Below, piece by piece: positions 1 to 7,553 of a stretch of DNA of 33,381 nt (its first letter is position 1; every line of letters begins with the position of its first letter). The stretch comes from an uncultured Actinomycetes bacterium (GTDB taxonomy: Bacteria > Actinomycetota > Actinomycetes > Jiangellales > Jiangellaceae), in NCBI GenBank assembly GCA_964570165.1, contig CAZMXH010000002.1, positions 1 through 33,381 on the forward strand, given 5' to 3'. Under the pieces are notes generated by a model that had not been told where the DNA came from, did not search any database, and was given only the letters and a program-made list of their open reading frames with translations. A program made the position numbers and the translations under genes.

Positions 1-1
1 C

Positions 2-508
2 AAGGGCGTCTTCGACCGGTTCCGCTCGCTGCCGATCTGGCGGCCGGCGGTGCTCGTGGGCGCGTTGCTCGGCGACGTCCTCCGCTACACGCTCGCTTCG
101 CTGATCGTGATCGGCCTCGGGCTGCTGCTCGGTTTCCGGCCCGGCGGCGGGGTCGTCGGGGTCGTCGCGGCCGTGGCCCTCCTGCTCATGTTCGCGTTCA
201 GCGTGTCGTGGGTATGGACCGCACTCGGCCTGCTGATGCGCACTGAGGAATCGCTGCTGGCGGTCAGCATGATGATCCTGTTCCCGCTCACCTTCATCAG
301 CAGCGTCTTCGTCGACCCGTCAACGATGCCCGGCTGGCTGCAGCGGTTCGTCGACGTCAACCCGATCACGCATCTGGCTGCCGCTTCCCGCGACCTGATG
401 CACGGTAACGGGGCCGACAGCAATGTCCTGTGGGTGCTGCTTGCGTGCGGCCTGTTCACCCTGATCTTCGCACCGATCACGATGCGCCTGTTCCGCAACA
501 AGAACTGA
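2..508 (+). CDS. ABC-2 type transporter permease, C-terminal part (5' end outside window)
   Basis: The frame of ORF 50..508 stays open to the window edge (KGVFDRFRSLPIW precedes the listed start). It has four hydrophobic helices and an FVDVNPITH stretch typical of DrrB/ABC-2 permeases. Same family as 30351..31214. Confidence 0.8.
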   Translation, partial: KGVFDRFRSLPIWRPAVLVGALLGDVLRYTLASLIVIGLGLLLGFRPGGGVVGVVAAVALLLMFAFSVSWVWTALGLLMRTEESLLAVSMMILFPLTFISSVFVDPSTMPGWLQRFVDVNPITHLAAASRDLMHGNGADSNVLWVLLACGLFTLIFAPITMRLFRNKN

Positions 509-549
509 GCGCCGCGGTCGGGCCGATCGATCACTGACCCGAAGGTCGT

Positions 550-577
550 CCGGTTCCTCCCTTAGCTGAGGAACCGG
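550..577. terminator. putative bidirectional terminator hairpin between convergent genes
   Basis: Perfect 10-bp inverted repeat CCGGTTCCTC (550-559) / GAGGAACCGG (568-577) with an 8-nt loop. The right arm overlaps the last codons of the minus-strand ORF. No T-tract. Confidence 0.3.
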
Positions 578-981
578 GCGACCTGCTCGGCGAAGTACTG
601 CGGTGCGAGCACGTCGGCGAGATGCTGCTGGCCCTCCAGGACGGTGACCTGGGCATCCGGCAGCGCAGCGGCGACGGCCTCGACGTCGGCTGCGGCAGGA
701 TCTGGGCTGTCCGCCCCGGTGAGCAGCAGGACGGGCACGGTGATCGCCGCTGCACTCGACGGATCGAACGCCACCTCGGACAGTGCCTGGACCTCCCGCG
801 TGATCGTGTGCGCAGCCGCTACCCGAGCCTTCCACGACGGCTGCGCCTTGACGGCCTTCGCCTCGTTCTCGGGAACGAGCACGACCTCGCGCATGAAGAC
901 CTCGAGTGCCGCCTCGCACGCGAGCTCAGTGCCGTCGCGGGAGGTCACCCACCTCATGGTGGTCTCGTCCGTGCGTGTCAC
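562..981 (-). CDS. alpha/beta-fold hydrolase remnant (N-terminal strand joined directly to cap/C-terminal part; nucleophile elbow absent)
   Basis: RWVTSRDGTELA resembles the first beta-strand of alpha/beta hydrolases. It is followed directly by cap-like EVFMREVV... and the C-terminal ITVPVLLLTGADSP ... VLEGQQHL (His loop). No HG oxyanion motif or GxSxG is present in 139 aa. Confidence 0.55.
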   Translation of the reverse strand: MTRTDETTMRWVTSRDGTELACEAALEVFMREVVLVPENEAKAVKAQPSWKARVAAAHTITREVQALSEVAFDPSSAAAITVPVLLLTGADSPDPAAADVEAVAAALPDAQVTVLEGQQHLADVLAPQYFAEQVARFLS

Positions 982-1068
982 CTCTGCGCTCCTCTCGCCC
1001 GCCTCGGGTCGTCTCCCTCAGACTCGCCTCGGACGGGGAGGACCGCATCGGTACGGTTACCTATTCGG

Positions 1069-1626
1069 CTAGGCTCTCGCCTTCCGCCAAGCTGCCCGCT
1101 GCTTCTTGCGCTGCTTCTCGTCAGGCTCGGACTCGATGAGCGTGTTCACACGCGCTTCGATCGTCTCGTCCCCGGTCGCCTCGGAGAGTTCCCCTAGCGC
1201 GGTGACCACGTCGGTGCGGACCAGCGTTCCGTTCTTCTCCTGCGCGCACTCCCGGAACCGTTGCTCATAAGCCTCCAGGACCATCGCCTTCTGCTTCGGA
1301 CCGGCGAGTCCGACGCGCCACAGGGACTGGAGCGCGTGCCGAGCGGTCACCGTCTTCTCGTCCTTCATCACCGCGGCCACCTTCGGGAAGTCCTCGAGCA
1401 TCCGGCCGTCCGGGTCACTGATCGCCAGCCGAGCGAGCATCTGCGCGGCGAACGCCCGCTTGTCACCGCCGCGGTGGGTGAGATCGCTCAGCAGCCGATC
1501 CCAGAAGTCGTACGCCCACTCAACCGGCTTCTCCGTCATCTCGAAAAGCTCGACCAGGGCCTGGTACGCCGCTTGCCCGTCCGCCGAGTCGCGATCGGCA
1601 AACAGTGCACGGACGCGCTCGCTCAT
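1069..1626 (-). CDS. hypothetical all-alpha protein (HEAT/ARM-repeat-like) with Lys/Arg-rich C-terminal tail
   Basis: Listed ORF is 1069..1716. The internal ATG at 1626 (MSERVRALF) is preceded by an AGGGGAG Shine-Dalgarno. Helical repeat-like composition; no catalytic motif recognised. Confidence 0.55.
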   Translation of the reverse strand: MSERVRALFADRDSADGQAAYQALVELFEMTEKPVEWAYDFWDRLLSDLTHRGGDKRAFAAQMLARLAISDPDGRMLEDFPKVAAVMKDEKTVTARHALQSLWRVGLAGPKQKAMVLEAYEQRFRECAQEKNGTLVRTDVVTALGELSEATGDETIEARVNTLIESEPDEKQRKKQRAAWRKARA

Positions 1627-1712
1627 CTGGATCTCCCCTCTGCTGTCTCGCAACGGCTCCGGTGACGGCTCCACGTCGGCACCGACCGAACCGGCGCTAG
1701 AAGGCAGAATAG

Positions 1713-1728
1713 GCAAGTCATTACTTGC
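1713..1728. promoter_or_regulatory. palindrome GCAAGT-N4-ACTTGC in the divergent promoter region
   Basis: Seen directly in the relatively AT-rich spacer between the minus-strand gene starting at 1626 and the KAS gene starting at 1826. Candidate dimeric-repressor operator. Confidence 0.25.
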
Positions 1729-1825
1729 GTATCAAGGTGCCAGTATGGAGCAAGGTCGGAGTCGTGCGGCGGATGCGAAGAACCGCTCATGGCTTCGCGG
1801 TCCCGACCAGAGGAGGACGGCGCTT

Positions 1826-3079
1826 GTGACCGAGGTCGTGGTCACCGGCATGGGGGCGGTCACTCCAGTTGGCCTGACCGCGCCCGACACCTGGCGGGCG
1901 CTGCTCGCGGGCAGGGCCGGCATCGACACCGTGCGCTCGTTCGACGCCTCTGACCTGCCGGTACGTATTGCCGGCGAGGTCGACGGCTTCGACCCCACCA
2001 GCGTCATGACGCGCAAGGCGGCCCGCAGGTCGGCGCGGTTCGCGCAACTGGCCGTGGCCGCCGCCCGAGAGGCGGTCGACGACGCGGGGCTAACGGTGGA
2101 CCAGGAGGGCAGTGAGGGAGTCGCCGTCGACCCGGCCAGGTTCGGCGCCGTCATCAACACCGCCGTCGCCGGCGTACCAGAGACCCAGGACAACGTGCAG
2201 CGTCTGCTCGACAAGGGTGCGCGCGGGGTGAGCCCGTACTACGTGTCGTCGGTGATCCCGAACATGGCGGCGTGCGAGGTAGCTATCGCGCTAGGGCTTC
2301 AGGGTCCGGTGACCGCCGGCGCGCTCGCCTGCGCCAGCGGCAACGCTGCGCTGCTCGACGCGCAACGGCTGCTGGACAGCGGCGAGGCGGACGTCGTCGT
2401 CGCGGGCGGCTCCGACGCCGGCATCGCGCCGGTCATGCTCGCCGGGCTGTCCAACATGGGGCCGCTGTCTCGGCGCAACGACGAGCCCGAGAAGGCCAGC
2501 CGCCCGTTCGACCTGGATCGGGACGGGTTCGTGTTCGGAGAAGGGGCCGTCTGCATGGTCCTGGAGCGGGCGGACGACGCCCGGGCGCGAGGTGCGACGC
2601 CGTACGCGGTGCTCGCCGGGGGCGCACTCACCTGCGACGCGTTCCACGTGACCGCGCCGGAGCCCACGGCCGCCGTCACGACAGAGACGCTGCGGCTGAG
2701 CCTCGAACGCTCGGGGCTCGGCCCTGGCGACGTGGACTATATCGCCGCCCACGGCACCGCGACCAAGGCCAACGACCGCACCGAAGCGCTCGCGATCCGC
2801 AAGGCGTTCGGTGCCGCTGCCGACGCGGTCGCGGTGAGTTCGCCGAAGTCGATGGTCGGCCACCTCATCGGGGCCGCTGGCGCGCTGTCCGCCATGGTGT
2901 GCGCGTACGCCATCCGCGACAGTGTCGTGCCGCCGACGATCAACCTGGAGAATCCCGACCCGGAATGCGACCTGAACCACGTGCCGCTGCAAGCGCGTCG
3001 GCAGCGCGTAGACGCGGCCCTGGCCAACGCTTTCGGCTTCGGCGGCCAGAACTGCGTGGTGGCGCTGCGCCGGCCGTGA
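1826..3079 (+). CDS. fabF: beta-ketoacyl-[ACP] synthase II family (KAS II / FabF-like)
   Basis: GTG at 1826, 8 nt after AGGAGGA, in frame with ORF 1460..3079. VVVTGMGAVTPVG N-terminus. Cys-His-His triad context: ACASGN, HGTATKAND, MVGHLIGAAG. C-terminal FGFGGQN. Confidence 0.85.
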   Translation: MTEVVVTGMGAVTPVGLTAPDTWRALLAGRAGIDTVRSFDASDLPVRIAGEVDGFDPTSVMTRKAARRSARFAQLAVAAAREAVDDAGLTVDQEGSEGVAVDPARFGAVINTAVAGVPETQDNVQRLLDKGARGVSPYYVSSVIPNMAACEVAIALGLQGPVTAGALACASGNAALLDAQRLLDSGEADVVVAGGSDAGIAPVMLAGLSNMGPLSRRNDEPEKASRPFDLDRDGFVFGEGAVCMVLERADDARARGATPYAVLAGGALTCDAFHVTAPEPTAAVTTETLRLSLERSGLGPGDVDYIAAHGTATKANDRTEALAIRKAFGAAADAVAVSSPKSMVGHLIGAAGALSAMVCAYAIRDSVVPPTINLENPDPECDLNHVPLQARRQRVDAALANAFGFGGQNCVVALRRP

Positions 3080-3082
3080 GAG

Positions 3083-3898
3083 TCATTCCTCCGGCAGTAT
3101 CGACGTCCCCCGCCAGCCCAGTCCTCCGCCGACCCAGTTGCCGCCGTCCACCGGCACCGTGACGCCGGTGACGTAGTCGGTGGCCGGCGAGCACAGCCAC
3201 ACCGCCCACATACCCAGTTCGTCATCGCTGGCCCACCGGTGCATCGGAGTCGCGTCGGACACCACGCTGGCGACGTCCTCGCTGTAGACTTGCCGGGCTG
3301 AATCCGACAGGTACAACGGGCCCAGAGCGTTGACCTGGATCCCGAACTGCGCCCACTCCGCGGCAAGAGTGCGCGTCATATGCATTACACCGGCGCGGGC
3401 GGCGCCCGAGTGGACCATGCCCTGCGTCGTCCGCTCCATGACGTTGAACACGATCGACAGGATCTTGCCGCCGCGTCCGGTCTCGATGAGGTGCCGTCCC
3501 ACGGCCCGCGTCATGTAGAACGTGCCGTTGAGATTGAGGTCGACGACCGCCCGCCAGCCTCGCGGGCTCAGGTCCTCGGCTTTGATCGGGAACTGCCCTC
3601 CGGCGTTGTTGACCAGGATGTCGATACCGCCGGAGCCCTCCGCTAGGTCCGACACGACCTGGTCGACCCGCTCTGGGTCGCGGATGTCCAACTGGCTCCA
3701 TGACGCCTTGATGCCCTCGCCGGTCAGCGCGGCGCACGCCGCCTGCAGCCGCTCGGTCCCGCGGGCGGCCAGGTGAACCTGGGCGCCGACCTGGCCCAGA
3801 GCACGGGCGATGACCAGGCCGATCCCGGTGCCCGCACCCGTGACCAGTGCCACCTTGCCGTCGAGCAGGCGCGGGTTGAGCCAGCGCGTCATATCCAT
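3083..3898 (-). CDS. SDR-family oxidoreductase (enoyl/dienoyl-CoA-reductase-like branch)
   Basis: GKVALVTGAGTGIG Rossmann motif, NNAG, and an SGAARAGV...LAAEW segment resembling DECR/PECR-type SDRs. The start region overlaps the upstream ADH stop (ATGA at 3889-3892), so 3892 is an alternative start. Confidence 0.85.
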   Translation of the reverse strand: MDMTRWLNPRLLDGKVALVTGAGTGIGLVIARALGQVGAQVHLAARGTERLQAACAALTGEGIKASWSQLDIRDPERVDQVVSDLAEGSGGIDILVNNAGGQFPIKAEDLSPRGWRAVVDLNLNGTFYMTRAVGRHLIETGRGGKILSIVFNVMERTTQGMVHSGAARAGVMHMTRTLAAEWAQFGIQVNALGPLYLSDSARQVYSEDVASVVSDATPMHRWASDDELGMWAVWLCSPATDYVTGVTVPVDGGNWVGGGLGWRGTSILPEE

Positions 3899-4953
3899 GG
3901 GGCCGCCTCCGTGCTCCCGTCCGCGTCAATGTCGAGCACCGCCCGGACGAACCCGGGCGGCCGGTCCGCAGCCAACTGCAGCGCGGCCGGCGCCTCCTCA
4001 AGAGGGTATTGCCGGGACACCGCATCGCCGAGCGTGATCTCGCCATCCAGGGCGAGCTTGGCCACGACCCGGAGCTCCTCCAGACTCGACACGTACGAGC
4101 CGACGATGCTGATCTCGCGGGCGGTCACCCCGGTGACCGTCGTGCCGAGCAGGATGGGCTCGTCGAGCACCGAGCCGATGATCAGCCGTCCGCCACGGCG
4201 CAGCATGCGCACGGCCTCTCCGACCGCTCGTGGGGCACCGCTGAAGTCGATGACCGTGTGCGCCGGCCCTACGGAGTCGCGGAGGGTGCGATGCGAAGCG
4301 TCGAGCCCGACCACCGGGAACGCCCCCAACCGGCGGACGCGCTCCGCTGATGCCTCCCTGCGTACCACCGCGGCGAGCGTCACCGACGGGTACAGCGTCC
4401 GGGCCAGCTTGAGCACGTTCAGCCCGATCCCCCCGGCCCCCATGACGCACAGCACGCCGTCCGGCGGCAGGTCTGCGTAGCTGAGCGCGTGGTACGCGGT
4501 GGCCACCGCGTCGGGGAGCAGCGCGGCCTCCGCGGCCAGCATGCCGTTCACGGTGACCATGCGCGACGCCGGCCAGCACACCTGCTCGGCCATGCCCCCC
4601 GGCACGTGCAGGCCGAGCGTGACGACGTCAGGGCATCGCTGGTCCTCTCCCCGGCGGCACGCCGGGCACCGCCCGCACGGTGCCAGCGGGTGCAGTACGA
4701 CCATGTCCCCGATGTCCAGGTCGGTGTCGGCGGCGGCGTGGTGGCCGAGTTCCTCGACTACGCCGGCAACCTCGTGCCCGGGCCGAACCGGGTAGGTGGC
4801 TCCGCGTGGGAGGACCATGCCGCGCATCGCGTGGACGTCCGTACCGCAGACGCCGCACGCGAGGACCCGCACGCGCGCCTCGTCGGGCGCCGGCCGCGGC
4901 GGGTCGCCGTCGTGGAGCGCGACCGTTCCGGGATGGATCTCCACGTACCGCAC
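3889..4953 (-). CDS. zinc-dependent alcohol dehydrogenase (MDR family)
   Basis: GVCGTDVH, GHEVAG, structural-zinc CGRCPACRRGEDQRC, GAGGIG. The listed ORF starts at 4959; the GTG at 4953 is better spaced (7 nt) from GGAGG. Confidence 0.85.
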   Translation of the reverse strand: MRYVEIHPGTVALHDGDPPRPAPDEARVRVLACGVCGTDVHAMRGMVLPRGATYPVRPGHEVAGVVEELGHHAAADTDLDIGDMVVLHPLAPCGRCPACRRGEDQRCPDVVTLGLHVPGGMAEQVCWPASRMVTVNGMLAAEAALLPDAVATAYHALSYADLPPDGVLCVMGAGGIGLNVLKLARTLYPSVTLAAVVRREASAERVRRLGAFPVVGLDASHRTLRDSVGPAHTVIDFSGAPRAVGEAVRMLRRGGRLIIGSVLDEPILLGTTVTGVTAREISIVGSYVSSLEELRVVAKLALDGEITLGDAVSRQYPLEEAPAALQLAADRPPGFVRAVLDIDADGSTEAAPWI

Positions 4954-4980
4954 GTACACACCTCCCCGCGGATCAGGGGT

Positions 4981-6096
4981 TCAGCCGTTCCGGAGCACCT
5001 GCCGCGCCACCACCAGTTGCTGGATCTCCGCAGTGCCCTCCTCGAACCAGAAGCCTCTCGAATCACGGTAGATGCGCTCAATCGGAGCGTCCCGAACGTA
5101 CCCGGCGCCGCCGCAGACCCGCAGCGCGAGATCCGTCACGCGGGCTACCATGCGCTGGCAGAACAGCTTCGCCATCGCGGCGGTGCCGGTGACCGGTGCG
5201 CCGGACTCGAACGCGTCACCGGCCTCTCGCGTGAGGGCGCGTCCCGCCGCCAGCTCGGTCGCCATGTCGGCGACCATCACCTGCACCGCCTGCCGGTCGG
5301 CGATCGGCCGGCCGAAGGTGACCCGCCGCCGCGCGTACGCGACCGCCTCGTCCATGGCCCGCTGGGCGGTGCCGACCATGCAGGTGGCCAGCGAGATCCG
5401 GCTGTAGTCGAGGAACGACAAGGCCACCTCGAGGCCCTGGCCCACCTCGCCGAGCCGCCAGCCGTCATCCAGCCGCAGGCCGTCGAAGGTCACCGTGCCA
5501 TGTCCGGTCCCGGCGAGGCCCATCGTCTGCTGCCGAGCGTCGATCTGCAGTCCGGCCGCGTCTGATCGCGGCACGAGGAACGTGGTGAGCGAGTCGGCGG
5601 CGCCGCGGTCGTCCGTGGCCACCGTGAGGATCAGGTGGCTGGCCCGGTCGGCGAAGGTGATGAGGTGCTTCTCGCCGGTGGCTCTCCAGCCGTCGCCGTC
5701 GCGCACTGCACGGGAGTGCAGGTCGCGCCCGCTGCCGCCGGACGGTTCAGTCAGCGCGAACGCGCAGAACGCGCGCCCGGCGGCCATGTCCCGTACCACG
5801 TCGTGCTGCCAGGAGTTCCCGTACGCGGCGAGCGGCCGCCAGAAGCCGTTGGCGACGTGGGCGAACATCCGGCCGCAGCCGGGGCCCATGGCGGCGATCT
5901 CCAGGTACGGCTGGAACTCCGGCAGGGTCGCGCCGTCCCCGCCGTAGTCGGCCGGCACGGTCGCCCGGAAGACGCCGAGGTCGGTCATGCGTGCCACCAG
6001 CGGTTCCGGCACCTCATCGGTCGCCTCGATCTCAGCTGCGCTGGTCTCGAGCTCGTCGAGGAAGAACCGCCGCCATTCCTCGAGCGAGGCAATCAT
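4981..6096 (-). CDS. acyl-CoA dehydrogenase
   Basis: FALTEPSGGSGRD, WRATGEKHLIT, C-terminal YRDSRGFWFEEGTAEIQ. First gene of a three-gene minus-strand operon. Confidence 0.9.
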   Translation of the reverse strand: MIASLEEWRRFFLDELETSAAEIEATDEVPEPLVARMTDLGVFRATVPADYGGDGATLPEFQPYLEIAAMGPGCGRMFAHVANGFWRPLAAYGNSWQHDVVRDMAAGRAFCAFALTEPSGGSGRDLHSRAVRDGDGWRATGEKHLITFADRASHLILTVATDDRGAADSLTTFLVPRSDAAGLQIDARQQTMGLAGTGHGTVTFDGLRLDDGWRLGEVGQGLEVALSFLDYSRISLATCMVGTAQRAMDEAVAYARRRVTFGRPIADRQAVQVMVADMATELAAGRALTREAGDAFESGAPVTGTAAMAKLFCQRMVARVTDLALRVCGGAGYVRDAPIERIYRDSRGFWFEEGTAEIQQLVVARQVLRNG

Positions 6097-6161
6097 GCCG
6101 CGCAGGCTAACGAGTCACCCGTACCGCTGTCAGCGGGTGGCCCACGTTGGGGCTTGACCTT

Positions 6162-6209
6162 CACGTGGCCCGCTCCGGAATCGGCCACGTGGATCCGGTC
6201 ATTCCGGAT
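6162..6209 (-). promoter_or_regulatory. two adjacent inverted repeats (possible RNA hairpins or operators) upstream of the acyl-CoA dehydrogenase operon
   Basis: CACGTGGCC (6162-6170) / GGCCACGTG (6183-6191) with a 12-nt spacer. Immediately followed by ATCCGG-N5-CCGGAT (6193-6209), whose loop holds the stop codon of the mini-ORF. Confidence 0.3.
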
Positions 6210-6459
6210 GTCCCCGGAACGGCCATGGAGCGACCAGGCGGAGCGTGGTGATGGCGTCGTCCAAGCCATTGATCGCCTGGTCGATCCGATCCGCGCCGCG
6301 GTGGCCGTCAAGCGCCGCCAAGGCGGCGTGCAGATCGAGGCTTGCCGTGTACATCTGCTGCACGATGTCGTCGTATCCCTCGAGCGCGGCGGCGCCGCGG
6401 CCCGCGTCGTCGCGCGATGGTTCGGTGTTCTCCGTAGATGTACCTGTCCCCGTCGTCAA
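6199..6459 (-). CDS. hypothetical small protein with a HisKA_3-like (DevS/NarX-type) dimerisation helix pair, no ATPase domain
   Basis: The C-terminal half of ORF 6199..6666 has high third-position GC and reads YDDIVQQMYTASLDLHAAL...ADRIDQAINGLDDAITTLR. The start is uncertain (TTG 6459 or ATG 6354). The upstream part of the listed ORF is Arg-rich and looks non-coding. Confidence 0.3.
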   Translation of the reverse strand: MTTGTGTSTENTEPSRDDAGRGAAALEGYDDIVQQMYTASLDLHAALAALDGHRGADRIDQAINGLDDAITTLRLVAPWPFRGHPE

Positions 6460-6754
6460 TGTGAGGCCCCTTTGTGCCGTCCTCTGCGGGCTGCGCCGAC
6501 ATCGGCGGTGCGTGGCTTCCCTCGGCGCACTCCCCCGCGGTGCACCAAGGGCACGCACGGCTCGATGGCAGCGCAGCCCGCAGAGAGCGGTCAGGTCTGA
6601 TGGTGGCGTCTTGCGACGGATCGGGAACTCTGGTTGAAGCCGATGTCGTTCCTCCAGCACGGCCAAGTCGCGAGAAGGTTCGCGCGGACACTCGATGCCG
6701 CCGGGGACTGGAGCGACTCAAGTTGCGACTCTACCCGTTTCGACGCAGCTACGT

Positions 6755-6792
6755 CTAGCTTTTGTGATTACAACTAGCTTTTGGGATTACAA
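6755..6792. repeat. AT-rich tandem direct repeat, 2 x 19 nt, one mismatch
   Basis: CTAGCTTTTGTGATTACAA (6755-6773) and CTAGCTTTTGGGATTACAA (6774-6792), 18 nt beyond the stop of the GAF-ANTAR gene. Confidence 0.85.
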
Positions 6793-6809
6793 CGTGGGGC
6801 TGGGTGGGT

Positions 6810-7529
6810 CTACTGAACAGTGGTGATGTGTACGGCGCCGTCGATGACCGCCTGAGCGACGTCGTGCAGCCGCTGGTTGGCGGAGCGGGCATGGTCCCGT
6901 AGTGCTGCGAAGGCGTCATCGACGGAGACGTTGAGGCGTTCAGCCAGCACACCCTTGGCCTGCTCGATGAGGATTCTGCTGTTGAGGGCGGTCTGGAGCT
7001 GACCGGTGACTTCCTGGTAGTGGCGGATGGTTCGCTCATGCAGGATCCCGATGGTGGCCACATCCGCGAGGGCCTGCCCGAGCGCGCCAGCCTCAGGGCT
7101 CAACACACCGGGGCGCGCGCTGAAGACGTTCAAGGCCCCGACCACGGTGTCCCGTAGCCGCATGGGGATGGCCTCGACCGCCGCGTAGCCGGCGTCACGT
7201 GCTGCGGGAGCGAACTGTGGCCAGCGATCGTCGGCGTCCCCCAGGTCAGGACATCGCACCGGGGTACCACCCCGATAGCACTCGAGACATGGTCCCTGGT
7301 CGTTCTGCAACTGGAACAGCTCGAGCACCCGGGCGCTCTCGGTGGACGCCGCCACCATGTTGAGCCGGCCGTTGTGGTCGGCCAAGACCAACCCGCACGC
7401 GGTGACGTCGAGCAACTCCACGACCCGACCGGCGAGCATGTCCAAGAAGTCGATCACGTCGTACTCATCGACCAGGGTGTCGGCCAGCTCTACAAAGGTC
7501 TCGCGGACTCGACTCTCGGTACTGCTCAT
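6810..7529 (-). CDS. GAF + ANTAR domain RNA-binding regulator
   Basis: GAF-like N-terminal half. ANTAR signature LNSRILIEQAKGVLAERLNVSVDDAFAALRDHARSANQRLHDVA. ATG at 7529 lies behind GGAG; the listed ORF starts at GTG 7535. Confidence 0.85.
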   Translation of the reverse strand: MSSTESRVRETFVELADTLVDEYDVIDFLDMLAGRVVELLDVTACGLVLADHNGRLNMVAASTESARVLELFQLQNDQGPCLECYRGGTPVRCPDLGDADDRWPQFAPAARDAGYAAVEAIPMRLRDTVVGALNVFSARPGVLSPEAGALGQALADVATIGILHERTIRHYQEVTGQLQTALNSRILIEQAKGVLAERLNVSVDDAFAALRDHARSANQRLHDVAQAVIDGAVHITTVQ

Positions 7530-7553
7530 CCTCACTCCGAATGTCTCAGGGAC

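Noticed and set aside
6097-6809. Canonical ANTAR dual-hairpin target (two short stems with A-x-x-G-x-x hexaloops)
   Set aside because: I could not find two adjacent hexaloop hairpins with the conserved A and G. The hairpins that are present (6162-6209) have 5- and 12-nt loops, so only a weaker hypothesis is reported.
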